Shown one piece after another: positions 16,456-26,320 of a stretch of 64,000 nt of DNA. The translations under genes were made by a program, and so were the position numbers. Below the pieces are notes generated by a model that was not told where the DNA came from, did not search any database, and saw nothing but the letters and a program-made list of their open reading frames with translations. Source of the DNA: a virus; IMG/VR virus record IMGVR_UViG_3300035698_027961, positions 1-64,000 of that record; one strand, 5' to 3'. Numbering within the stretch: the stretch's first letter is position 1; every line of letters starts with the position of its first letter.

Positions 16456-17820
16456 TTAACAACCATTTTCGTCACCATTATCATCAACCCAATTATCTGG
16501 AATACTAATCACCTTTGATTTCTCAAATTGCTTGAGTAGTTTAAACTCCCCTTTCGCACCATCTCTGTTCTTAACCACATGCAATGACATATCATCGATA
16601 AGGTGCTCGTCTTCTCGCTGCTCAATTAAAATAACAATGTTTGAGTTATCTCCAATCATCTTGCTTCGGCCAAGGTCATTTAAATCATTGCCGCCATTAT
16701 TCTTGAGCGCCTTATTCTTAGCCTTCCTCTGGGCCGCTGTTAATACAGCCATATTCTTGCTTCGGCAAAATTCATGTAGGTCTGCGGCGGTATGCCCAAC
16801 CTCTAGCCAGTCCTGTCCGAAGTCCCTATTCGGCTTCATAATTCCCAGGTAGTCGACTACCACTAAATCAGGCTCGAACTCTGATATGATGCTATCAAAG
16901 CGGGCTTCCAAATCCAATGTGCGTGAGCCGCGAGGCATGTCGACAATATAAAAGTGCTTATCGTAATTTTTCTGAAATTCCAGAGAAGCCTGCCACCTAG
17001 TTCGTTCTTCATCAGTTAAAAACCCCCTCATTAATGCTTTATGTCTTATGCTGGCAATGCAGGCATCGATTCTTTGCTCTAGCTGCTCCTTACTCATTTC
17101 CAACGTAAAATAGATAACGTTCTTACCATTGGCGAAGTTTTGCTTATTCTTATTGTACGCTATATTGCCACCAAGCCAAGCATTGATTGCATAATTCATC
17201 ATCAGCAGTGACTTACCCGACGAGCTCTCTCCCGAGATAACCATCATCTCTGATTTTTTAATTCCAAACGTATATTCATCAAGCTCCGGATATCCAGATA
17301 GAACACCAGATATAATATCCGGGTTGTTGACTGTGAAGGTATAGTTATTTAATCTAGTATCAGCCGACTTGGTAAAGTCACCTTCAGCGAATACGGCCGA
17401 CCTTCTCAGTCTCTCAATCTTGGATGTTGTCTTTAAGAGATTTGAGTTAAAGTCCTTTATGTCATCGTCATTATTTATCTCCTCTGCAGACTCGGCTAAT
17501 TTCTTAGCCAGTCTTTTATTGAAGCGATTTCTAACCTGGTCGACGTAATAAAGTATCTCGTTCTCTTCGCACTCTACGTCTTCAACTATTCCTGCAAGCT
17601 GAACCATATCGATGTCTTCCGCCAAGTCTTCCTGCAGAATCTTAAAGGAAGGTGGAGTCTTGTATCTTTCAAAATAATTAGTTATGGTTTCTAGCATCGG
17701 CTTGTAATCATAGTCTATCGCTTCTTTGAGAAGCTTTCCATCGATTTCTCTGGATACCTTGTTGTATTCTACCGACCCTTTCATCATCCATGAGAGTATT
17801 TTGTTATCTGCAACTGACAT
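16456..17820 (-). CDS. dnaB: DnaB-like replicative helicase
   Basis: Walker A GESSSGKS, YFTLEMS, VVVDYLGIM, TAAQ and VVKNRDG. Confidence 0.92.
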   Translation of the reverse strand: MSVADNKILSWMMKGSVEYNKVSREIDGKLLKEAIDYDYKPMLETITNYFERYKTPPSFKILQEDLAEDIDMVQLAGIVEDVECEENEILYYVDQVRNRFNKRLAKKLAESAEEINNDDDIKDFNSNLLKTTSKIERLRRSAVFAEGDFTKSADTRLNNYTFTVNNPDIISGVLSGYPELDEYTFGIKKSEMMVISGESSSGKSLLMMNYAINAWLGGNIAYNKNKQNFANGKNVIYFTLEMSKEQLEQRIDACIASIRHKALMRGFLTDEERTRWQASLEFQKNYDKHFYIVDMPRGSRTLDLEARFDSIISEFEPDLVVVDYLGIMKPNRDFGQDWLEVGHTAADLHEFCRSKNMAVLTAAQRKAKNKALKNNGGNDLNDLGRSKMIGDNSNIVILIEQREDEHLIDDMSLHVVKNRDGAKGEFKLLKQFEKSKVISIPDNWVDDNGDENGC

Positions 17821-19268
17821 TATTTTATCTCCAGTGTATATAGTCTCTGCCCGGCATCATAAATTTTAAACCATGAAAGCTCTTCGGCATATGCTCTTTC
17901 GCTTAATTTCCTAGAATCCATATTAGCACGGCACCTCAAACGATTATAGGTTTTATTAAAATCAGTCCACTTCCATCCGAGAGTGTCTCGCTGGTGAACA
18001 AATCCATAATTTTTCAAATGACATCCTGTTCCGTACCGAAGGTCTACCCAGTAGTTTACCCTCTTGGGGGCTAATTTTTTGATACAGTATTTTAGAAGTT
18101 TTGAAAATCCACCAACTACCAAATGATCTAGCTTGGTACTAACTCGCTCTACCTTTAGGTCGTCTCCAATCATTTTGTATGAGAAAACCATAACCAGTTC
18201 GTTTTGATAAGTTAGGCCGATGTGCTTAGACTTGATTGTTCCCATCAGATGGGTTGACTCCAGGAAGTCATTGGCTTCTGACTGAGATAAGCTAACTATC
18301 TCTGTCTTTCTGGCGAATATTCTAGCCGAATGACCCAGGTGATTGTTTACCACCGATTTAACAATATTCATCTTATAATTAATTTGGTCTTCGGTAAATT
18401 GAAATATTCTTAGCCCTAAATCCTCATATTCCTTTCTCATTTCAAAATGATATTTAGCATCTGACTTGTGCGCTGATGAATGCCAGTATAGGCCATCAAC
18501 ATTTGCCGCTGAGTAGGGGGTTAGCTTAAAGTCCGGCCGATACTTTAAGTGCGGATATGACAAGCAATCAAATGCCTTATTATAGAGTGGAAGATCTATG
18601 GTCTGAGAGAATATGTTTTCGATATTTGTTATTTTGGAAGAGTAATTTGCCACATACTCTAAAAACTGCTGCTCGGTATAGTTCGGATTTTTATAGATCC
18701 ACCTATAGAGTATGATATTCGATATTCCAATTTTGGATGCCCACTGGCACAAGCTTTTCTCACAAACAACTATCGTCTCAGAATTTTCATGATGAGCTTT
18801 GGAACCGAGATAGGTTCTGCTGCTATACTTCTTAAGATTGGTGACTTCTCTTTTTCTCTTAACCGATTCAGAAAGATTAAAGTGTTTAACTTTATATTTT
18901 TTTAAAGAAAGCTTCTTAACTCTAGACTTATAAGCTGTAGACTTATCTTCATCTTCTTTGCGAAAATTAAATTTATATAAATAATCAAAGATTGTCCCTC
19001 TATTTACACCGCATGATTCTGCAATTTCTACCGCAGTTTTATTCTGCTCGATATACTGGTTATATAGCCAATTATAATTTGTATAATTTGCTTTGGACAC
19101 TTTCTTGTTATTTTTAGATAGTCCGAAGCGGCTCTTATACCTAGACAGGGTCGACTCACTATAGCCAAACTCTTCGGCTATTTTCTTTATAGTCTTATTT
19201 TTAGTGACGTATTGTTCTTCAAGCCACTCCCTTACCCGGTATTTTTCTGAAGTCTTTTCCTGAGACAT
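17820..19268 (-). CDS. Putative free-standing homing endonuclease, copy 2 (paralogue of 5935-7419)
   Basis: Same architecture as copy 1. YRPDF...ANVDGLYWHS and a shared C-terminus RDTLGWKWTD...NRL.CRANMD.R.LSER.YAEE..W.KIYDAGQRL. Overlaps both dnaC and dnaB. Confidence 0.7.
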   Translation of the reverse strand: MSQEKTSEKYRVREWLEEQYVTKNKTIKKIAEEFGYSESTLSRYKSRFGLSKNNKKVSKANYTNYNWLYNQYIEQNKTAVEIAESCGVNRGTIFDYLYKFNFRKEDEDKSTAYKSRVKKLSLKKYKVKHFNLSESVKRKREVTNLKKYSSRTYLGSKAHHENSETIVVCEKSLCQWASKIGISNIILYRWIYKNPNYTEQQFLEYVANYSSKITNIENIFSQTIDLPLYNKAFDCLSYPHLKYRPDFKLTPYSAANVDGLYWHSSAHKSDAKYHFEMRKEYEDLGLRIFQFTEDQINYKMNIVKSVVNNHLGHSARIFARKTEIVSLSQSEANDFLESTHLMGTIKSKHIGLTYQNELVMVFSYKMIGDDLKVERVSTKLDHLVVGGFSKLLKYCIKKLAPKRVNYWVDLRYGTGCHLKNYGFVHQRDTLGWKWTDFNKTYNRLRCRANMDSRKLSERAYAEELSWFKIYDAGQRLYTLEIK

Positions 19269-19893
19269 ATAGCACCTTTACATATTTTGAGAATAATGAA
19301 TCTATTGCCCTGGAGAAATCACCAGAAAGCACAGTTGCTATGTCAACTGTGTTTGAGCACAATATAGTTGGAAGTCCATTCTGAAACCTCTCTCGAAGAA
19401 TTCTTTCCATAGTCTGGCCAAACAGCTGCTCGGCCTTTTCTGATGGAAACACCCATCGCGAATCGAATTCATCTATACATATAAAGTCAAAATTAGTAAT
19501 TTGTTCTAGGTATTCGTAATTATTCTTTGAAACTTCATTAATAACATCTGACATATTAACGTACATTGCAGTGTGGCCATTAACTATGGCTACCTTTAAT
19601 ATACAGCATGCAGCATATGTCTTTCCTGTTCCGAGGTTTCCAACGAATGCCATGGAGGTTCCGTCTTCATACATAGCATTGACATTTGAAATTCTATCTG
19701 AAACATATTTGCCAAAGTTTGGATCGCCCTGAAAATTTTTAAATGGAAGGCTCCAGTAGCTCTGAGGAATATTGGCGCGGGAATAGCTTTTGTATCTAGC
19801 AAATTTGGCTCTACATTTATTACATCCATCTTCGCATTCGCAACTACTCTGAATCTTCCTCTCTATCAGATTCATCTTCTTCTCTGGAACCAT
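19219..19893 (-). CDS. dnaC: DnaC/IstB-like helicase loader ATPase
   Basis: N-terminal Cys cluster (CECEDGCNKC), Walker A GNLGTGKT, Walker B ICIDE, ERFQNGLPTILCSN and GKDFR. Confidence 0.85.
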   Translation of the reverse strand: MVPEKKMNLIERKIQSSCECEDGCNKCRAKFARYKSYSRANIPQSYWSLPFKNFQGDPNFGKYVSDRISNVNAMYEDGTSMAFVGNLGTGKTYAACCILKVAIVNGHTAMYVNMSDVINEVSKNNYEYLEQITNFDFICIDEFDSRWVFPSEKAEQLFGQTMERILRERFQNGLPTILCSNTVDIATVLSGDFSRAIDSLFSKYVKVLYVSGKDFRKIPGKGVA

Positions 19894-20332
19894 AACTACC
19901 TCTATTTGGATTTGGGTTTACTAGTGAGCTCATGCTCATTGAAAACGTTGTTTGGATACCATCATCATCGCCTATCAGCATATCAGATGGAATTATAGAT
20001 CCATATGCTGAATTGCTTTCTTCATCTCCGGACTCTGCATATGGCCTTTGTCTCACGAACATTGGCGTCGGCAAAGATGAAGAATCAGAATCATCCTCAT
20101 CTTCGTAATCTTGGTAGTGTTTATTTATAATTGAGTCAATCAAAGATTCATCCTCTACATCTTCTATCAACTCTGCTGCAATTAAATTTGCCTTGTAAAC
20201 GATAATCATCTTATCATTTTTGCTTACCACTATAAAGTCATCTTCAATATGCTCTATAACTCCCTTGAGCTCAAATGAGTCTCTGGCGATTATATGTACC
20301 ATTCTTCCGCTAATTTTTAATTTATCATTCAT
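19844..20332 (-). CDS. Hfq/LSm-like Sm-fold protein with a long acidic tail
   Basis: VHIIARDSFELKGVIEHIEDDFIVVSKNDKMIIVYKANL aligns by eye with the Hfq Sm1/Sm2 pattern (V.I....GF.L.G.I..FD.F......Q..VYKHAI). The remainder is Asp/Glu/Ser-rich. Confidence 0.55.
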   Translation of the reverse strand: MNDKLKISGRMVHIIARDSFELKGVIEHIEDDFIVVSKNDKMIIVYKANLIAAELIEDVEDESLIDSIINKHYQDYEDEDDSDSSSLPTPMFVRQRPYAESGDEESNSAYGSIIPSDMLIGDDDGIQTTFSMSMSSLVNPNPNRGSYGSREEDESDREEDSE

Positions 20333-20931
20333 AATATTCCTACCTCTTTTGCCTTCTCAATTACCCTTGCTTCAACCGAATCTGTGCCGAGATCATACAT
20401 CTCAGCATAGTTCTTTATCATTTTGATGTCATCCTCTCTTGAGAGCTGATGATTGTCAAATATCTCCTGAGCTTCTTCGTGGCACCAAGATATTAACTTG
20501 CTCATCTTGGTTTCTCCATTCTTTTTAGCCAGGTAACCATCATACATTCTTTCAAACTCTATGATCAGCGACTGAACGTGAAATAATCTAGTTCCGTTGA
20601 CAGATTGCTGGCCGCTTCTAAACTTATAGTCAAAACACCAGTTTATATAATTATATATTTTAATGTTGATGTTTTTTCTAATCTCTGACTTTTCGTCCCT
20701 AGGTAAATCTGCATAATTATTCGGAGCAAAAGTTCTAAAGAGCTTGGCGAAATCCGCAGCCTCCTTTCCCAGCGTCGGACCCTTCTTCCCCTTTACCAAC
20801 CTGAATCTAACTCCATGCTTATCTTCATACCTCTTACAGAAATGAGCTAGAAGTGTAACATGTGTCCACTCAGATATGTCGGCCTGAACCCATTTATTTA
20901 TGCTGCTGTAAAAAGCTTCCTGATCAATCAA
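20329..20931 (-). CDS. Hypothetical protein in the replication block
   Basis: 200-aa ORF overlapping ung and the Sm-like gene by 4 nt each. Confidence 0.65.
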   Translation of the reverse strand: MIDQEAFYSSINKWVQADISEWTHVTLLAHFCKRYEDKHGVRFRLVKGKKGPTLGKEAADFAKLFRTFAPNNYADLPRDEKSEIRKNINIKIYNYINWCFDYKFRSGQQSVNGTRLFHVQSLIIEFERMYDGYLAKKNGETKMSKLISWCHEEAQEIFDNHQLSREDDIKMIKNYAEMYDLGTDSVEARVIEKAKEVGIL

Positions 20932-21590
20932 TTATCACTCCCTGATTTGCTCCAGTCGATTGGACTCTTTAGTCTTTCATTGGCTATTTTAAAGTGGTCA
21001 CATCCGAACCATCCTTTATTCGCAGATAGCGGTGATGGGTGTGCTGCCTTTAAGACAATATGCTTATTGGCGTCGATTAGAATTGATTTCTTCTTAGCAT
21101 GGTTTCCCCAGAACATAAATACTATGGGCTCATTACGCTTATTTAGCATAGAAATTAAGTGGTCAGTAAACCGCTCCCAGCCTTTATTTTGATGACTATT
21201 CGGCTTGCCATCTCTAACTGACATAACTGTATTTAAAAGCAAGACGCCCTGCTTTGCCCACCCGATCAAGCTTGGGCAATCTGGAGTGCAGCCTAATGAG
21301 TTATTTATTTCTTTAAAAATATTTCTCAAGGATGGCGGAACCTTCTGGTCTTTATTTACAGCAAAGGCAAGCCCGTTAGCTTGCCCCTTACCATGATACG
21401 GATCTTGCCCTATAATGACAACCTTGACATCATTGTAATCAGTTAGCTGCAATGAACGGAAAATATCGTACCGATCCGGATAAATCGTATTATTATCATA
21501 CTCCTCAATCAGAAAAGACTCTAATTTTTCCATATAGTTTTTCTTGAACTCTGGGATTAGCAATGTATGCCAACGCTTTGCTAGTCTCAT
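20928..21590 (-). CDS. ung: Uracil-DNA glycosylase family 1
   Basis: GQDPYH, PPSLRNI, GVLLLN and HPSPLS. Confidence 0.97.
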   Translation of the reverse strand: MRLAKRWHTLLIPEFKKNYMEKLESFLIEEYDNNTIYPDRYDIFRSLQLTDYNDVKVVIIGQDPYHGKGQANGLAFAVNKDQKVPPSLRNIFKEINNSLGCTPDCPSLIGWAKQGVLLLNTVMSVRDGKPNSHQNKGWERFTDHLISMLNKRNEPIVFMFWGNHAKKKSILIDANKHIVLKAAHPSPLSANKGWFGCDHFKIANERLKSPIDWSKSGSDN

Positions 21591-21598
21591 AAATCCTC

Positions 21599-23038
21599 CT
21601 ACTTGACTCTTTTTATGTTAAACTCCTTTTCGGAGCAGGCAGTTTTATATCTAACCTGACTGTGGTCTCGAAGATACTTACACTGGTCATAAAAGTCTAT
21701 AATATAAGCAGAATCCTTGCCAGGGTAGCTTCTGATTACTCGACCTATTCTCTGCAGCATTTTGCCGGTAGACTTGCCGCCGCCCATATTGATTAGGGCG
21801 TCTAGAATTGGAATATCAACTCCAACATCAAATATGGTTGAAGCTAAAATTACATTAACTTCTCCATTTTTAATTTTAAACACTCCGATATCTCTATCTT
21901 TGGTGCTATCTTTACCCGATAGAAATGAATGCTCAATATTGGCATTTGATAGTTTTTCTGATATGATTTCGCCATGGTTGATATTTCTAAATAAAATCAA
22001 AACCTTAAGATCTTTTTTAACAAAGTTTTTGCAAGCCTCAACTGCCATATTATTTCTTTCGTCATTGTTGATAATATACTTAGAATATACCTCGGGGTAG
22101 GTCTTTCCGACACCTCTGATTGGAGAAACGTCCTTGAATACAATATTGGGACGAACCAAGAACCCCTTCTTGATTAGCATACTGGCGCTAACATCAACTA
22201 TCTTTTCTCCAGCGACAGCTTCCAGAAGGATATCATCACCGCTCTCTCTCCATGGAGTTCCGGAGAATAAGAAACGATTGTATGACTTTTTAGATTCCTT
22301 GTCTAAGAACTGAAACGTGTCAGAACCACCATACTGACACTCATCTAAGATAATTACATCGGCCTGTCTAACTAGATTTCTAATATCTTCTTTATTTTTA
22401 ATTTTGCCAGCACTGCAGTCAGTATCTTCAGCATACTTAGTCTCAAGTTTCTTATCAAATGCGGCTCCGGCAGTCCATATGGTCATGACATTGATTTGCT
22501 TAATGTTACAGTGACCGTCACCAATTATTCCGGCATCGATTCCAAAAGAATCTTTTAGCGTGCTAACCATCTGATGAAGTAAGTCGATGCTAACTACATA
22601 GATAATTGACTTAGTATTGTAATGAGCAACAAGTGATGCAATAACAAATGACTTGCCCGATCCGGTACACATCTTAACTATGCCAGAACCCGCAGCAATA
22701 CACTTCTTAATTGTATTTCTCTGATAATCTCTTTCGCTAAACTTAGAGTCAGATATCGGAGACATTGGCTTTCCATAGTTCGGCTTAGTTCTATTGTCCA
22801 CTTTTCGATATGCAATATTCTTTTCGGTAAATATTTCTTCTACCGCCGAGAGCATTCCTACGGGAAAGCATAGAGACTTAGACATCAGCCTTTGCTTTCC
22901 ATCCCATCTATTGGAAATTTTCATAAACCCGAAGCCTTGAACATCATAGCTTAGTCTTTCATCTATTAGCCGAAGAACATTCTGGTCTTCAAAATCTTCA
23001 ATTCTGCATCTAGTAAAATCTATATAAATCGTGGCCAT
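21599..23038 (-). CDS. Superfamily 2 helicase (UvsW/ResIII-like)
   Basis: RDYQ (Q motif), TGSGKS, DECQ, SGTP, GVDIP and QRIGRVIR. Confidence 0.9.
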   Translation of the reverse strand: MATIYIDFTRCRIEDFEDQNVLRLIDERLSYDVQGFGFMKISNRWDGKQRLMSKSLCFPVGMLSAVEEIFTEKNIAYRKVDNRTKPNYGKPMSPISDSKFSERDYQRNTIKKCIAAGSGIVKMCTGSGKSFVIASLVAHYNTKSIIYVVSIDLLHQMVSTLKDSFGIDAGIIGDGHCNIKQINVMTIWTAGAAFDKKLETKYAEDTDCSAGKIKNKEDIRNLVRQADVIILDECQYGGSDTFQFLDKESKKSYNRFLFSGTPWRESGDDILLEAVAGEKIVDVSASMLIKKGFLVRPNIVFKDVSPIRGVGKTYPEVYSKYIINNDERNNMAVEACKNFVKKDLKVLILFRNINHGEIISEKLSNANIEHSFLSGKDSTKDRDIGVFKIKNGEVNVILASTIFDVGVDIPILDALINMGGGKSTGKMLQRIGRVIRSYPGKDSAYIIDFYDQCKYLRDHSQVRYKTACSEKEFNIKRVK

Positions 23039-23085
23039 CTAAAACACCAATAGCTTTGCCAAGTAATTCGACAAAGCATTGGTTT

Positions 23086-23093
23086 ATAATACC
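23086..23093 (-). promoter_or_regulatory. Putative promoter motif GGTATTAT heading the replication block
   Basis: Member of the recurring GGTAHTAT set. Reads TGgTATTAT, like an extended -10 element. Confidence 0.5.
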
Positions 23094-23132
23094 ATTTTTT
23101 AAAAGATTTGCTTATTTTTTCTGTGTGATAAG

Positions 23133-24560
23133 CTATCTTTTGCGTCTCTTATCGATAATCGAATCTCTCTTGGTTCCACCACCCTGCAGCCTATTAAATC
23201 CAGAATTCTTACTCTTAATCTTTCGTTCAATTTCTTCCTTAACACTAGATACCTTATTCTCTTCTAGATCGAGAGTCATAGCTGATGCCCTGGACTTCTC
23301 CTTACCGGCAGCAATTTCAGTCTGAGCCTTGCTCTCTTTCTTTAGAGAATCGATTCTATCTTGAGGCAATCCAAGTCCGGCGAACCAGCTATAAATCTTG
23401 ATACCCTCAACAGATTCGTCAGAGTAAACACCCTGAAAAATGCTAGCTCCGTTAGTTTGCTCAGAAATAACACTGAACATATAGTCGATATTGATTGACG
23501 GCATCTCGCTTAATGCTTCCTCAGAGCCCAAGATGATGACTCCGCCAACTCTTGTCTGAGAGAGATCGAAACCTTCTGCCAACATGTTGCCGCTGAGACT
23601 ATCAATAACTGCTTCGGCCAGTGATGTTTCTTCCATATAGTCTTCTACATCGACAACTCCGTAAACAGAGCAGTCTCCTGCGGAAATTATTCTACCAAAG
23701 TCACTCGGGTCAAGAGAGGTGAACTTAGAAGGCTTGGAGGTTAAAGAGTTGAACAGACTTATGGGTTCAACTATTGCCTCATTTGCCTTGGCCCAGAACT
23801 GAGACTGACTTAGGCGATTGTAAATCTGCTCAATTCTGGCATTATCTACGACGACCAAGCTGGAGATCATATCGCCCGTAGTCATTCTTGCCAGCCTAGA
23901 CAAAGTTTCAATGGAGTTCTTCTTAGACTGAGCATCCTCAGTGGCCTTAGGGAGAACATAGATAACCCCTACGGGCATTCCTGTGCGAAACATGATGTCT
24001 ACCATAGTATCTACTGACGAGCTTCCGGAGCCGCCACCTCCGGAGATTGCTAGGAATAGCATATCATTACCGTCTGCAACCTTAGAAACAAAATCTTCTA
24101 AATCTTCTTCATGGGATGCGAAAATCTCTCTTCCCAGGTCTAGAGACTTACCAGTACCGCCTAATGATCCGGTAAGTAAAAGCTTTTGGCTCGGAAGAAC
24201 ATCAATGAATTCTAGGTCTTGAGCTGAAGTATTGATGACACCAACATCATATCCAAGTCTATGAAACTCTTCCGCAATTCTAGAGCCAGCCTGACCAACC
24301 CCAAGAATGCCCATATTAATACTTACACTTCTCTTGCTTACAACTTCTGGCAAATAATCCTCCCGAACCTCTTGAGATTCCTGTTTCTTTTGTGCTAGCT
24401 TCGCCTTAAGAGCGGCTAACTTGTCTTCATCGACATTTACCTTTCTCTCATAGTCTTCGCCAAATGCTTCTGATAAAACTTTATTATCCATCTCTACCTC
24501 TTCTGGTGTTTTGGGTTTCTTTTTATAAACGTGTTCCGTTATTGTTATTTTTTCATTCAT
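23133..24560 (-). CDS. Tubulin/FtsZ family GTPase (PhuZ/TubZ/CetZ-like)
   Basis: GVGQAGSRIA, INTSAQD, GGTGK, signature GGGSGS, VDN and T7-like LDPSD. Start probably at the ATG at 24560 (GGAG RBS) rather than 24587. Confidence 0.88.
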   Translation of the reverse strand: MNEKITITEHVYKKKPKTPEEVEMDNKVLSEAFGEDYERKVNVDEDKLAALKAKLAQKKQESQEVREDYLPEVVSKRSVSINMGILGVGQAGSRIAEEFHRLGYDVGVINTSAQDLEFIDVLPSQKLLLTGSLGGTGKSLDLGREIFASHEEDLEDFVSKVADGNDMLFLAISGGGGSGSSSVDTMVDIMFRTGMPVGVIYVLPKATEDAQSKKNSIETLSRLARMTTGDMISSLVVVDNARIEQIYNRLSQSQFWAKANEAIVEPISLFNSLTSKPSKFTSLDPSDFGRIISAGDCSVYGVVDVEDYMEETSLAEAVIDSLSGNMLAEGFDLSQTRVGGVIILGSEEALSEMPSINIDYMFSVISEQTNGASIFQGVYSDESVEGIKIYSWFAGLGLPQDRIDSLKKESKAQTEIAAGKEKSRASAMTLDLEENKVSSVKEEIERKIKSKNSGFNRLQGGGTKRDSIIDKRRKR

Positions 24561-24651
24561 CTTATCTCCTAAGCGGAGGCAACCCAAGATAGCGGGTGTC
24601 CCTGATTATACTATTTAAATGCTAAATAATTAAAAAATATAGTTTGCTTTT

Positions 24652-25644
24652 TTAATTATTACCAATATATTTTTTGATTTGCGATAGTAGAGAATCTTCC
24701 GTAATAATGGCGGGACTAACCAGCTTATTTGATTTGGACCAAGAAGCAACTTCGCATAGAAATCTTGTACCTATTTCATTCATTGGTGCGGCGTTAGTTG
24801 TAATAATATCACATCCAGATGCCTTAGCCTCATATAGGCTGAGCCCCAGGCCCTCCTGGCTCGATGGTGCGATAATACAACTAGACTCTCTATATATTTG
24901 ACCCACTTCTTCTCTGGTTAAATCTTTTTCAATAATATTAACTTGAGGAATATTATATTTCGAGTCTAACGGGGATTTCTTAACTCCCGTTATATTTAGA
25001 CTTATATCTGGATATATAATTGCGGCCCGTGAGAAGGCACTTATAACAAGCCTGGTATTCTTGGATGAAAAGTTTGGATTCAGGCTTCCCTGGTGATAGA
25101 ATACAATATTATCAAGCTTCCTTCCCGGATAGAACAAATTGGAATCTGTGAATTTCCAGCTTACCCTTGATACGTTTCTAAGTCCTGCATTATTCAATGT
25201 TTCTTTGGTGAAATCAGTTACAGCCCAAATATCTTTGAATTTATTATAAAGATTTATTAACCTTGGGTTAACCCACTCTATCATCGGAACATCTATAACT
25301 GGTATTCCTATTCCATCAATCCACTGAGATGATTCCATTAGAGTTTCTAATGATATCAATGCCTCCGCTTTATACTTGGATATTACCGACGCTATCTGCT
25401 GCTGATGATCCCTGCCGGAGTCAAAAATTGCGAAGCCATAGCCCTGAGAGTTGTGAGAGTGAAACTCTTTTCTGTAAATGCCATTTTCTTTTATGATTCT
25501 GCCTTTAGGTATCAACCAAACCTGATGGCCCCTATCTTCTAATTCTTTCTTGAGAGTTAGGCCAAGATATAGAAGGCCCGAAGGATGATCATAAGTTTTA
25601 ATCAGAAGTCTTTTTGGTAGATTTTGCAAGGTCCATCCTGTCAA
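24652..25644 (-). CDS. Glycosyltransferase, GT4-like (GT-B)
   Basis: PSSQEGLGLSLYEA (E-x7-E) and PMNE. Confidence 0.85.
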   Translation of the reverse strand: MTGWTLQNLPKRLLIKTYDHPSGLLYLGLTLKKELEDRGHQVWLIPKGRIIKENGIYRKEFHSHNSQGYGFAIFDSGRDHQQQIASVISKYKAEALISLETLMESSQWIDGIGIPVIDVPMIEWVNPRLINLYNKFKDIWAVTDFTKETLNNAGLRNVSRVSWKFTDSNLFYPGRKLDNIVFYHQGSLNPNFSSKNTRLVISAFSRAAIIYPDISLNITGVKKSPLDSKYNIPQVNIIEKDLTREEVGQIYRESSCIIAPSSQEGLGLSLYEAKASGCDIITTNAAPMNEIGTRFLCEVASWSKSNKLVSPAIITEDSLLSQIKKYIGNN

Positions 25645-26320
25645 TAGAGGCTTTTCTTATTTCTTTAATATTCTCTGCGTGCTTAAGCTGAATATCACTT
25701 CTCTGAGTTAGAGAACCGCCATTGGGAATAATTCGATAATAGTACATAACCTTGTGAATATATTCTATTGGGTATAGCTCACTGATTCTTAGCCAGTAAT
25801 CATAATCTTCCGCTATCCAATACTTCTCATTGAATGGTCCAATTTTGTTAAAGACATCCCTTCTAATTGTTGTAGAGCCAGAGGCTACAAAGTTTTGGGA
25901 CATAAGCCTTGAATGATTGATTATTATTTTTTGAGGATAGAACTGCGGCCTGACCCTTCCGTTTACCAATATCTTATAGTTTCCGCATACCATTCCAAGT
26001 TCTGGATTATTAATCATGGCATGAACAGAGCTGAATAATTTGTCTTGATTCATAATATCATCATCATCTAAAAAGCTAATCAAAGGTGCTGTGGTCATGG
26101 ATATTCCATAGTTTCTAGCTCCACCAGGGCCCACATTTTCAGGCGTCTTGATGAAGTTAACCTGAGGATATCTTTTTTTCAAACCAGATATATCTGATGT
26201 TGAGCAATCATCAACTACAGTAAGTTTGTAATCTTTATATGACTGATTTAGGCAACTATCAATAGCTTCGACTATATACGACTTGGGATTATAAGTCGGC
26301 ATAATTATATCAACTTTCAT
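25598..26320 (-). CDS. Glycosyltransferase family 2
   Basis: IIMPTYN, VVDDCS, GGARN, FLDDDD and EDYDYWLR. Confidence 0.93.
   Translation of the reverse strand: MKVDIIMPTYNPKSYIVEAIDSCLNQSYKDYKLTVVDDCSTSDISGLKKRYPQVNFIKTPENVGPGGARNYGISMTTAPLISFLDDDDIMNQDKLFSSVHAMINNPELGMVCGNYKILVNGRVRPQFYPQKIIINHSRLMSQNFVASGSTTIRRDVFNKIGPFNEKYWIAEDYDYWLRISELYPIEYIHKVMYYYRIIPNGGSLTQRSDIQLKHAENIKEIRKASIDRMDLAKSTKKTSD

Noticed and set aside
7432-17820. Inteins or introns in nrdA, nrdB or dnaB
   Set aside because: Protein lengths are normal, motifs are contiguous, and no intein splice motifs were seen.
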